Below are positions 1 through 8,530 of a stretch of DNA of 64,000 nt, piece after piece. A program made the translations under genes and the position numbers. The DNA comes from Nitrospinaceae bacterium (GTDB lineage Bacteria > Nitrospinota > Nitrospinia > Nitrospinales > Nitrospinaceae). How positions within the stretch are numbered: position 1 is the first letter of the stretch; every line of letters begins with the position of its first letter. The notes beneath the pieces are model-generated. The model saw only the letters and a program-made list of their open reading frames with translations, searched no databases and was not told the DNA's origin. The stretch spans positions 3,488,001-3,552,000 of the forward strand of contig OZ245011.1 of the NCBI GenBank assembly GCA_965223665.1. The letters are read 5' to 3'.

Positions 1-567
1 ACCTATATTAGCGGAAACTCCATCCGCCCGGGTTATGTGATTATTTATAATGATGATTTATACAGGGTTATGTCTGCCGAACATCGAACCCCTGGAAATA
101 AACGCGCTTTTATGCAGGCAAAATTGAGAAATCTAAAAAATGGAAATCAAACAGAAGTTAAATTCCGGGCAGATGAGGAAATTCAAAGAGCTGTTTTAGA
201 ACAAGCAGAAATGGAATATTTATATTCAGATACTTCTGGTTATTGCTTTATGAATTGCGAAACTTATGAACAAATTTTTGTAGATGAAGATATCATTTCT
301 GACTCTAAGTCTTTTCTGCTTCCCAACACAAAAGCGCAAATCGAATTTCATGAAGGGAAACCCATTGGAATCGATTTGCCTGAAACCGTAGACTTGAAAA
401 TCATTGATACCGAGCCACCTTTAAAAGGAGCCACGGCATCTGGCTCAGGAAAGCCCGCTACTTTGGAAACAGGTTTAGTGGTTACGGTCCCTCAATTTAT
501 TGAAATTGATGAAGTTGTTCGAGTTTCAACTTCTTCTGGCCAATATTTAGAGAGGGTTAAAAAATAA
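1..567 (+). CDS. efp: Elongation factor P (5'-truncated by window edge)
   Basis: Frame is open from base 1 (TYISGNSIRPGYVI...). EF-P motifs MEYLY, KGATASGSGKPATLETG and VPQFI...G.YLER. Confidence 0.95.
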   Translation, partial: TYISGNSIRPGYVIIYNDDLYRVMSAEHRTPGNKRAFMQAKLRNLKNGNQTEVKFRADEEIQRAVLEQAEMEYLYSDTSGYCFMNCETYEQIFVDEDIISDSKSFLLPNTKAQIEFHEGKPIGIDLPETVDLKIIDTEPPLKGATASGSGKPATLETGLVVTVPQFIEIDEVVRVSTSSGQYLERVKK

Positions 568-755
568 GTATCCCTATGAGTGGTTTTCGAAGTGTATGAA
601 AAAATATAAAAGTGTGCCTTATTAGATAACATTTTTTTAATTTGAAAAAATTTTGTTTTTCTATTTTAGGCTTTTAAAATATTTTGGTAATTTATGTGAA
701 TTAATTTTAAAAGTGTTATCAACGCGTACACAAAGTGAAAAGTTGATCGATTAAA

Positions 756-784
756 TTGACAAAAAATATTATTTAAAATAAACT
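756..784 (+). promoter_or_regulatory. Putative sigma70 promoter for tolQRAB
   Basis: TTGACA (756-761), 17-nt spacer, TAAACT (779-784) in AT-rich intergenic DNA upstream of tolQ. Confidence 0.55.
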
Positions 785-861
785 TACTAAGTTAGACTGG
801 TTGAGCTTTTTTAATTAAATTATAGAACTTATCCTCCCTTTAAATTCTTTAGGAATTCTCC

Positions 862-1605
862 ATGCAGGAAGTCTCGGACACCATTGATCCATTAAGTGCT
901 TTGGAATTGATTGCTAGGTCAACTCCCACTGCCAAAGGCGTATTATTGCTTCTTTTGGTGTTTTCAATTGTTTCTTGGGCCATTATTTTTACAAAGTTTT
1001 TTATTTTCAGAAAAGCCCGAGAACAGGACAAAATGTTTATAGACTTTTTTTCCAAAAGTGAAAGCTTGAATAACATTTGTAATTTTTCCAAGGGGTTAAA
1101 GTACAGCCCAGTCGCACGTGTTTTTTTGACGGGCTATAATGAACTTTATGTATATAGGGAAGTTCAAAAATCTCCAAATGGAAACCCTGGAGATAAGACG
1201 GGTTTGACCACTAAAGATTTAAAAGGGATAAATTTAGCACTGAATAAATCCATTAACCGTGAAATAGAACGATTATCAGGCAAGCTGGATTTTTTAGCAA
1301 CCACAGGGAGTACCGCGCCTTTTATTGGATTATTTGGGACGGTGTGGGGGATTATGCACTCTTTCCGATTAATAGGCTTAAAGGGGTCAGCTAGTATAGG
1401 TGGTGTGGCTCCAGGAATAGCAGAAGCTTTGATTGCTACTGCAGCAGGTTTGGTGGCGGCCATTCCTGCAGTGGTATTTTTCAATTACCTAAACGCCAAA
1501 ATTCGCGGATTTTCACACCGGATGGAAGACTTTTCAGAAGATTTTTTATTTATGGTAGAAAAAAACTTTATGAAAGAATCTTCTGATCCTGTTCGTATTG
1601 ACTAG
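862..1605 (+). CDS. tolQ: TolQ (MotA/TolQ/ExbB proton channel)
   Basis: Motifs LATTGSTAPFIGLFGTVWGIM and GIAEALIATAAGL; AGGA SD; first gene of tol cluster. Confidence 0.93.
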   Translation: MQEVSDTIDPLSALELIARSTPTAKGVLLLLLVFSIVSWAIIFTKFFIFRKAREQDKMFIDFFSKSESLNNICNFSKGLKYSPVARVFLTGYNELYVYREVQKSPNGNPGDKTGLTTKDLKGINLALNKSINREIERLSGKLDFLATTGSTAPFIGLFGTVWGIMHSFRLIGLKGSASIGGVAPGIAEALIATAAGLVAAIPAVVFFNYLNAKIRGFSHRMEDFSEDFLFMVEKNFMKESSDPVRID

Positions 1606-1612
1606 ATAAGAT

Positions 1613-2017
1613 ATGATTGTAAAGCGTAATTCTAATTTAATGGCAGACATTAATGTCACTCCCTTTGTGGATGTAATGCTAGTATTGCTTGTCATATTTA
1701 TGATTACCGCACCCTTGATGCAACATGGCATGGATGTTGAACTTCCTCAGGAGAGTTCTTCTGTGGTTGAAGTTAAAGAAATTCCTTCTGTCACCATTCA
1801 AAATAATCGTAAAATCTATTGGAACGATGAAAATGTTCCTAACCTAATGATCCTAACTGAAAAAATAAATCAATATCTTAAGAATAATGATGAAAAGGCT
1901 GCCGTCTATTTTAGAGCTGATAAAACTTTGGACTATGGTTATGTAATGAAGGTAATGACGACTATCCGCCGTGCCGGAGTGCATAACATTGGTATGATGA
2001 CTGATCCACAGCAATGA
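1613..2017 (+). CDS. tolR: TolR (ExbD/TolR)
   Basis: INVTPFVDVMLVLLVIFMITAP and RADK..YG.VM.VM motifs. Confidence 0.93.
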   Translation: MIVKRNSNLMADINVTPFVDVMLVLLVIFMITAPLMQHGMDVELPQESSSVVEVKEIPSVTIQNNRKIYWNDENVPNLMILTEKINQYLKNNDEKAAVYFRADKTLDYGYVMKVMTTIRRAGVHNIGMMTDPQQ

Positions 2018-3591
2018 GAGCAAACCGTATTCCGTTTATTAATTTTAACCAGATGCTGGTCATATCTGTATTTGTTCATTTTGCGTTTTTAACCCTAATG
2101 ATGTTTATGCCCAAAACTCAATTAATGAAACAGAAAATAAAACCTGCATTTATGGTTGATTTGATTGAAATACCCAAATCTCCCAGTCAAGTAACTAAAC
2201 CACAGCCTGTGGTAGAAAAAAAACTGCCTCAAAAAGAACAATCCCCTCCTATTGAAAAGAGTATGGTTCCAAATAAACCAAAGAAGATTGCAAAGCCTAA
2301 ACCCGTTCCTGTGCAGAAAAAAGTGGCAGAAAAACCCAAAATGGAGGCTATAAAAGAACCCCAACCTGAACCTCTTCCCGAATTGAAGCCAATTGTACCT
2401 CCGAAACCAATTGTGACGCCTCTGATGGAAGCTCCTAAACCTTTTGACTATCAATTAAAGCCTGCACCAGAATTAAAAACTTCGGAGTTTAAGCGTAAGG
2501 AAATAGAACAATTTCAACCCGCACAGATTCCAACTCAACAGGAGATCACTGCAAAACCCTCTCTTCAATCTGAAGTAAAAAATCAACCTGTAGCGAACCC
2601 ATTACTAAAAAAATTAGACCAGATGGCAAAAATTGAGCCACAAGTTGCCAAGTCCAAACCAGTGCCAGCCAAACCTACTAGAGATCCTCTATTAGACCAA
2701 ACTTTTCAAGAGTTGAATGAAATTAGACCTGTTCCAAACACAAATCAAAAAAAATCGAAATTGGTGGTACCTGTACCTTCACATGACCCTTTTGAAGATT
2801 TTGAAAATATAAAAATGAAAAAAGATATTCAAAAGGTTGCTCCAAAACAAAATCAGATAGTGGCGGCGGCCCCAAAAAATCCTCAAGAACAAGCTTTTGA
2901 AGAGTTAACTCAAAAAAAGATCAAGTTGGACTCTGTAAAAACCCAACAACTTCCACAGTCCATTCAAAAAGAATTGGAAACGTTAAAAAATTTAAAAAGT
3001 AAGCCCGTTGTTGTGGCAAAATTAGATAAACGTACAAAGACGCGACCAAAACCTTCAAGTAGAAAAAGTTTAGCCCCTATATTAAATAAGAAATTAGATT
3101 CTTTAAAAAAGAAGTCTATTGAAGTTTCTGTGGAAATAAATACAAGTAAGAGCGCTTCAACAAAAACCCCTGCAGATTTAGTCTATAAAAGTAAGATTCG
3201 CAGTATAGAAGCGCCGGATTTAAAAACTAAAGTTGAAGTTGAAACTCCAGGGACTTCTTTTAAAAAAGTAAAACCCATGGGTACTTCCCAAATGGCCCCC
3301 AAGGGTAAGCCTTCCTCAACTGTTATTAATCATTATGCGGCAATGGTTAAAAGTCGGGTGCAAGAGCATTGGAAAGACCCAATCGGTGGAGGAAAAGGCG
3401 TAATTTTAGTTTCTTTTTATGTGTTTCCTGAAGGTAATATTGATAGCCCCGTGATAATACAAGAATCCAATGATTTCCATTTAGATAATTTAGCGATTCG
3501 AGCGATCCAGGATTCAGCACCGTTTCCGGTTTTTCCTGATGATTTAAGAATCCCCAATATGCGATTAACGCTGGAATTTAATTATGAATAA
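2014..3591 (+). CDS. tolA: TolA/TonB-family energy transducer with very long Pro/Lys-rich linker
   Basis: N-terminal TM with S-x3-H (ISVFVH), ~400-aa Pro/Lys/Gln-rich region, TonB_C-like end (LDNLAIRAIQDSAPFPVFP). Lies between tolR and tolB. Confidence 0.8.
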   Translation: MRANRIPFINFNQMLVISVFVHFAFLTLMMFMPKTQLMKQKIKPAFMVDLIEIPKSPSQVTKPQPVVEKKLPQKEQSPPIEKSMVPNKPKKIAKPKPVPVQKKVAEKPKMEAIKEPQPEPLPELKPIVPPKPIVTPLMEAPKPFDYQLKPAPELKTSEFKRKEIEQFQPAQIPTQQEITAKPSLQSEVKNQPVANPLLKKLDQMAKIEPQVAKSKPVPAKPTRDPLLDQTFQELNEIRPVPNTNQKKSKLVVPVPSHDPFEDFENIKMKKDIQKVAPKQNQIVAAAPKNPQEQAFEELTQKKIKLDSVKTQQLPQSIQKELETLKNLKSKPVVVAKLDKRTKTRPKPSSRKSLAPILNKKLDSLKKKSIEVSVEINTSKSASTKTPADLVYKSKIRSIEAPDLKTKVEVETPGTSFKKVKPMGTSQMAPKGKPSSTVINHYAAMVKSRVQEHWKDPIGGGKGVILVSFYVFPEGNIDSPVIIQESNDFHLDNLAIRAIQDSAPFPVFPDDLRIPNMRLTLEFNYE

Positions 3592-4927
3592 AATTCCCCT
3601 TAAAATTTTAAAATATTTATTGATAGCATTTCTTGTCTTAAGCATAAATTCAACAATTCATGCTCAGACTGATATTTTAATTGATCTTTCCAAGGAAACC
3701 CGGGAAGAAGTATCAATTGCTGTCACTGGATTTCAAGCGACTACAGAAAATAGCGATCCAGAGGTGGGAGTTAAAGGGCGAAAAATTTTAGAGGATGATC
3801 TAAAATTATTTGAGATATTTGTTCCTTTGGACCATGAATCATATAAAGAACTGGAAAACTTGGAGAATGGCCAAGGTGGTGTAAATTATGGGCAGTGGAA
3901 TTCATTAGGTGCTCAGTGGTTAATAAAGACGCAATATGAAACGCAAGGTAAAGATGGAAAAATTAAATTTACCTTCCGCTTATACGATGTCATTAACGAA
4001 CGATTTTTATTAGGAAAACGTTACCAAGGAACTCGAAGCTTTATCCGAAAAATAATGCACCGTTTTGCCGACAAGGTAATGGAAGAACTTACGGGTAAGC
4101 CGGGTGTGGCAGAAACCCAAATTGCTTTTCTGTCCCGGACAGAGCAGGGCAAGGAAATGTATGCCGTTGATTTTGATGGCGCCAATATTTCAAAACTCAC
4201 TAATGAAAAATCTGTTGTCCTCTCCCCAGATTGGTCTCCAGATGGACGTTCAATTGTATTTACTTCTTTTCAGGACCATAATCCAGATTTAATCATGGTC
4301 GATTCGTCTGGTCGAAGAAGGCGCGTATTATTGAAATTGCCTGGATTAAACTCAGCGCCTGCCTGGTCACCTGATGGAACGAAAATTTCCCTGGTACTAA
4401 GTAGAGATCAGAACTCAGAAATATATATTTTGAACCGTTGGAGAAAATTAACACGTCTCACCAGGCATTTTAATATCGATACCTCCCCAAGTTGGTCACC
4501 GGATGGTAAGAAAATTGCATTTACTTCCGATAGATCTGGGACAGGTCGTCCTCAGGTATATATTATGGATTCTGAAAATGGGGATAGGATGGGTGTGACT
4601 AGAATATCGTATGGATCTACCTATAATGATAATCCTGCTTGGTCACCCGATGGAGATAAAATCGCATATACGTCCTTGGTAGGTAAGGAATTTCAAATAA
4701 AGATTTATTATCCTGAATCTAAAAAAACTGTCCAAATTACAAATGGACCCGGTAGTAAAGAGGAGCCGTCATGGTCTCCAGATGGCAGATTTATTGCCTA
4801 TCACATGACCCAAGGCAAACAGTCTTCTATTCAAGTGAGGAGAATTGGAAGCCCACAAAGTAGGTCAATAACAAAGCTTGATATAGCGGCATTTAGTCCA
4901 ACTTGGTCGCCTTATCCGAATAAATAG
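3584..4927 (+). CDS. tolB: TolB beta-propeller periplasmic protein
   Basis: Signal peptide, TolB N-domain (HRFADKV..LTG), repeated P-x-WSPDG (PD40) blades. Confidence 0.95.
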   Translation: MNKIPLKILKYLLIAFLVLSINSTIHAQTDILIDLSKETREEVSIAVTGFQATTENSDPEVGVKGRKILEDDLKLFEIFVPLDHESYKELENLENGQGGVNYGQWNSLGAQWLIKTQYETQGKDGKIKFTFRLYDVINERFLLGKRYQGTRSFIRKIMHRFADKVMEELTGKPGVAETQIAFLSRTEQGKEMYAVDFDGANISKLTNEKSVVLSPDWSPDGRSIVFTSFQDHNPDLIMVDSSGRRRRVLLKLPGLNSAPAWSPDGTKISLVLSRDQNSEIYILNRWRKLTRLTRHFNIDTSPSWSPDGKKIAFTSDRSGTGRPQVYIMDSENGDRMGVTRISYGSTYNDNPAWSPDGDKIAYTSLVGKEFQIKIYYPESKKTVQITNGPGSKEEPSWSPDGRFIAYHMTQGKQSSIQVRRIGSPQSRSITKLDIAAFSPTWSPYPNK

Positions 4928-5044
4928 GTTTAGTCCGAAATCTTAAAGTGATCGATTTTTTTTAATTTGATTATTAGTATTTTTAATTTTGCTAAATCTA
5001 TTGAGAAATTAAATAAATTTATGGTTGGCAAATAGTTGATCTAT

Positions 5045-5074
5045 TTGACATTATGGATTTTGTTTTTCTATAAT
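5045..5074 (+). promoter_or_regulatory. Consensus sigma70 promoter for pal
   Basis: Perfect TTGACA (5045-5050) and TATAAT (5069-5074) with 18-nt spacer. Confidence 0.7.
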
Positions 5075-5212
5075 GGTAATTGTTTGTAAATTTGTCCAAT
5101 GAGGATCGGTATTTAGATATTTGTGTTTAACTTTAGTAAAGAAATTCGATTAGGTATGATCGTTAGTTAAATAAATATTCATTATTTTAAGGTTTCATCA
5201 CGAGGTTTCAAT

Positions 5213-6340
5213 ATGGTAAGAAACAAATTAAACAAAAAAACAAAAAAGACTTACCTTCTAGTTGCACTTTTAGCGATTACGGTTGGTACAGGGTGTGCAA
5301 AAACTTTATCCGCTCCTCCTAGTCCTGAAGCAAATAACTCGGGTTCTGCAGAGTTACAAGCAGAAAACAATGACGGTGTTAACTCCCAAGAAGGCATTGA
5401 TGAGTCAGGATTCCAGGAAAAAGGATTCGATATTCAAGGCGACTCCAGTCAAGTTGAAACATCTCCATTTATTACTGAAAGTTCTTCTGGTGATGGACCT
5501 ATTCCTGCAGATGAACCGGAAATGTCAGCTTCAGATATGGGTGAAGGAGTAGCTCCTGATTTTGATGGCAATTCATCGCAATCTGATTTTGGAGGTGGAA
5601 ACACCGGAGCAATGGCTCTTCAAGATAAACCTTATGAAGCGGACCCTTTTTCTGGTGGATCTGGAAGTGACCAAAACTCTAATTTGTCTGGAATGGACTC
5701 AGGAAATGTTATGGCAGATGGTTCATCGAATACAATGTCTTCAGATGGCTCTTCACCAATAGTGTCTAACTCCTTTACTGATTCTGGAAGCAATTCAGGC
5801 GATACGATGGCAGATGGCTCAGGATCCATGGGTGATGGTTCAGGGTCTATGGGTAATGGTTCTTCCAACAGTGGAAACTCATTTGATATTTTTGCAAATG
5901 AAGAAACCCCTCCAGTAAGTGACGGTGGAGCTTCCGGAGATGGAGGAATTGTTTCTGATTCAAACTCAGGTGCAGAGGAAGCAAGACTTCTGTCCTTTAA
6001 AAGTGAAGACCAATTAGCGGATATTCATTTTGATTTTGATCGCTATGATTTAGACGATAGCAATATGGAAATATTACGTAAAAATGCTGACTGGTTGAAA
6101 AGTAATCCAGCTACAAAGGTTGAAATTCAAGGTCATTGCGATGAAAGAGGAACAAACAACTATAACCTTACCTTAGGCGAACGTCGAGCTTTGGCTACTA
6201 AGAAGTATTTGGTTTCTTTAGGAGTCGAAGAAGACCGATTATTTACAATTAGCTATGGTGAGGAAAAGCCGTTTTGTTTTGAAAGTGATGAAAGTTGCTG
6301 GAAAAATAATCGACGAGCTCACTTTATGGTAGCAGAATAG
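5213..6340 (+). CDS. pal: Peptidoglycan-associated lipoprotein Pal with long acidic Ser/Gly/Asp linker
   Basis: Lipobox-like VGTGC (Cys28). C-terminal OmpA_C domain (IHFDFD, IQGHCDERGTNNYNLTLGERRA, SYGEEKP, NRR). Follows tolB. Confidence 0.92.
   Translation: MVRNKLNKKTKKTYLLVALLAITVGTGCAKTLSAPPSPEANNSGSAELQAENNDGVNSQEGIDESGFQEKGFDIQGDSSQVETSPFITESSSGDGPIPADEPEMSASDMGEGVAPDFDGNSSQSDFGGGNTGAMALQDKPYEADPFSGGSGSDQNSNLSGMDSGNVMADGSSNTMSSDGSSPIVSNSFTDSGSNSGDTMADGSGSMGDGSGSMGNGSSNSGNSFDIFANEETPPVSDGGASGDGGIVSDSNSGAEEARLLSFKSEDQLADIHFDFDRYDLDDSNMEILRKNADWLKSNPATKVEIQGHCDERGTNNYNLTLGERRALATKKYLVSLGVEEDRLFTISYGEEKPFCFESDESCWKNNRRAHFMVAE
5807..5869 (+). repeat. Three imperfect 21-bp tandem repeats in pal linker (MADGSGS/MGDGSGS/MGNGSSN)
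   Basis: atggcagatggctcaggatcc / atgggtgatggttcagggtct / atgggtaatggttcttccaac. Confidence 0.8.
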
Positions 6341-6388
6341 GGCTCATTGAAATTATCAAATGGCCTAACCAATTTTACTCTCAACTTT

Positions 6389-6428
6389 ATGACCGCAACG
6401 CGATATACTTGTTGCGGTCATTTTTTTT
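6389..6428 (+). terminator. Rho-independent terminator after pal
   Basis: Stem ATGACCGCAAC / GTTGCGGTCAT followed by a T tract. Confidence 0.85.
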
Positions 6429-6484
6429 GTTTTTAATACTAGCCTGATTTTACTTCTAATCTCGGTTATTCATTCAACTTTTTT

Positions 6485-8335
6485 ATGGGGATGAGAAAGA
6501 TGATGAAAAAATTTTTCTTACCTAGCATTTTGGTTTTTATGTTGGTTTCTAATAGCCATGCCCAGCTATTTGGAAATAATGAAAAGATGGATAAATTGTT
6601 AACTCGCATTAAATTAATGAATGCGAGTCTTCAAGAAAGTGTTATTCCAAAAATAAATAGTCTTAACACCGAGGTTAAAAATATTAATGGAGAAATCCAA
6701 AATATTAAAGTGAACCAAGCGAAATTATTACAGCAAATGGACTATGTGAAAAGCTCCTTTCCTGGTTTGCAAGGAGCAATTGAACAGAATAGCTCTCAAA
6801 TGATTGAACAGGTCCAGCAAATGGATTTGCGTTTGGAAGATTTAGATTCGCAGGTGAAAAAAGGGTTAGCAAAACAGCTGAATGATTTAGCCATAGCCCT
6901 CAATGATCAGGGATCAAATCAGAAATCGCAATTAGACCAATTTGTTGTGGAACAAAAAGAAAGTATGACTCAATTAATTGGAGAACAAAAAAATGAAATG
7001 GGAAACCTCAAGACTGCAATGGGAAAATTGCAGGAAGGCGTGGGTTCTCATTTAATCCAGGTAAAAGATGCAGTAGCCAAAGAGATTGAACAAATTGTGC
7101 TGCGGAATGAAAAATCGCTGAGTGGATTTTCAAACAAAAATGACCATAATTTTGTAGCAGTCCAAAATGCTTTAAATAAACAAGGGGAGCAGGTGAATCA
7201 GAAAATTGGCGAGGCAATTACTGTTATGCAAGAAGTGGTTACTGCTGTTGAGGGAAACAAGCAATCCATGGACCAAAGCTTCCAGGCAATTCAAGTTCAG
7301 AATGAAAGTATGAAAGAAGGTTTAGGGCTAGTCGATAAAAATACACAATTGATAGATCTAAAAAGTCAAAAAGTGGTTGAAGTGATGGAAAGTAGTTTGC
7401 AAAAGCAAACGGATAGTGATCTCAAACTTAATACCCTAATCGGAAACCTCAATAAAACCAATGAGAATGTTAATAGCAGTAGGGAAGCGATGTTGAGTCT
7501 GAAAAAGATTATGGACCAAAAATTGTCGCAGCTTTCTGCTGTGGGTGGAACGAATCAGGGTAAGTTTGAAAAGTTTGCGCAAAGAATTGATTTGGTAAAA
7601 GATAATTTGCTGATAGCAGATACAAAGTTGAATAAATTAGCGGATGGTTTAAAAGCTATGCAAGATCAAAATATTTCATCCACCAAAGCAATAGTTTCAA
7701 TGCAAGAAAAAGTAGCTCAGGTTCAAAGTTCAAGTCTTCAAACAGATCAAAAGTTTAATAGGCTGATTGACTCAACAAAGTCGATGTTGGCTCATTCATC
7801 TAAGTTAGGGAAAGATGTAGAGCTTTCAATGCAAAAAATAGATGCAGGTAGTAATCAGTCAAATTTAACTCAACAGAAAATAAACGAGTTGATTGAAATA
7901 TTAAAAGCAATTGCAGTTAAACAAAATGAAATTGAAGAGAAGTTTAACAGTCAACAATCTAATATTTTTCAAGCTTTATCAAATTCAAATCAAGCTATTG
8001 AAAAATCCAAGGTGGAATTGGTGAATTCTATAAATGGAACTAAAGTGCAGATTCAAAAAGATATAGGTGATTCTGCCGAACAGCTTCATGCAGAGTTGTC
8101 AAATTCTAAGGTAGACATTGGCAAGGTTATTACAGCTTCTAGAAATGAGCTTTACCAGGCGGTAGCAACTGCAAGAAATGATTTGATGCAAAGTATTGCC
8201 ACCTCACACGGAGAGTCAAAAGCATATTTAAACGATATTCGGACTATGTCTAATGCAAACAATGTTAAGAATGATAATATTCTTAATTCAATCCGTGGTG
8301 TCCGTCGAACAAAGAAATCCACAGCAAAAAAATAG
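6485..8335 (+). CDS. Secreted long coiled-coil protein (in the cpoB/ybgF position)
   Basis: Sec signal peptide (…VSNSHA), Gln/Lys/Asn/Ser-rich heptad pattern, almost no Pro, no TPRs seen. Confidence 0.75.
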   Translation: MGMRKMMKKFFLPSILVFMLVSNSHAQLFGNNEKMDKLLTRIKLMNASLQESVIPKINSLNTEVKNINGEIQNIKVNQAKLLQQMDYVKSSFPGLQGAIEQNSSQMIEQVQQMDLRLEDLDSQVKKGLAKQLNDLAIALNDQGSNQKSQLDQFVVEQKESMTQLIGEQKNEMGNLKTAMGKLQEGVGSHLIQVKDAVAKEIEQIVLRNEKSLSGFSNKNDHNFVAVQNALNKQGEQVNQKIGEAITVMQEVVTAVEGNKQSMDQSFQAIQVQNESMKEGLGLVDKNTQLIDLKSQKVVEVMESSLQKQTDSDLKLNTLIGNLNKTNENVNSSREAMLSLKKIMDQKLSQLSAVGGTNQGKFEKFAQRIDLVKDNLLIADTKLNKLADGLKAMQDQNISSTKAIVSMQEKVAQVQSSSLQTDQKFNRLIDSTKSMLAHSSKLGKDVELSMQKIDAGSNQSNLTQQKINELIEILKAIAVKQNEIEEKFNSQQSNIFQALSNSNQAIEKSKVELVNSINGTKVQIQKDIGDSAEQLHAELSNSKVDIGKVITASRNELYQAVATARNDLMQSIATSHGESKAYLNDIRTMSNANNVKNDNILNSIRGVRRTKKSTAKK

Positions 8336-8447
8336 TTAAAAAAGACCATAAATTTATAATTGAAGGTTAGAATTTGGCCAGTATGCTTGGACTCTGATCG
8401 GGAATATTCGCCCTTTACCAATACTTAGACTGGTGAAAGACTTTGTG

Positions 8448-8489
8448 AAAATCCTTTTAGAAGTTTTAAGAGGATTTTTGTTTTTTTTC
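8448..8489 (+). terminator. Possible intrinsic terminator
   Basis: AAAATCCTTTTAGAA / TTTTAAGAGGATTTT imperfect stem followed by T run. Confidence 0.45.
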
Positions 8490-8530
8490 TTTAAAGTTAA
8501 TTATTGAGCAATCTGCTTTGTTTGAGGTTG

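Noticed and set aside
568-861. Very AT-rich efp-tolQ spacer (and the similar tolB-pal spacer) as a possible origin or foreign DNA
   Set aside because: No DnaA-box cluster or mobility signature; explained as promoter regions.
4225-4910. Recurrent TGGTC(A/T)CC(A/T/G)GATGG sequences that could suggest a CRISPR or DNA repeat array
   Set aside because: They encode the WSPDG propeller repeats of TolB.
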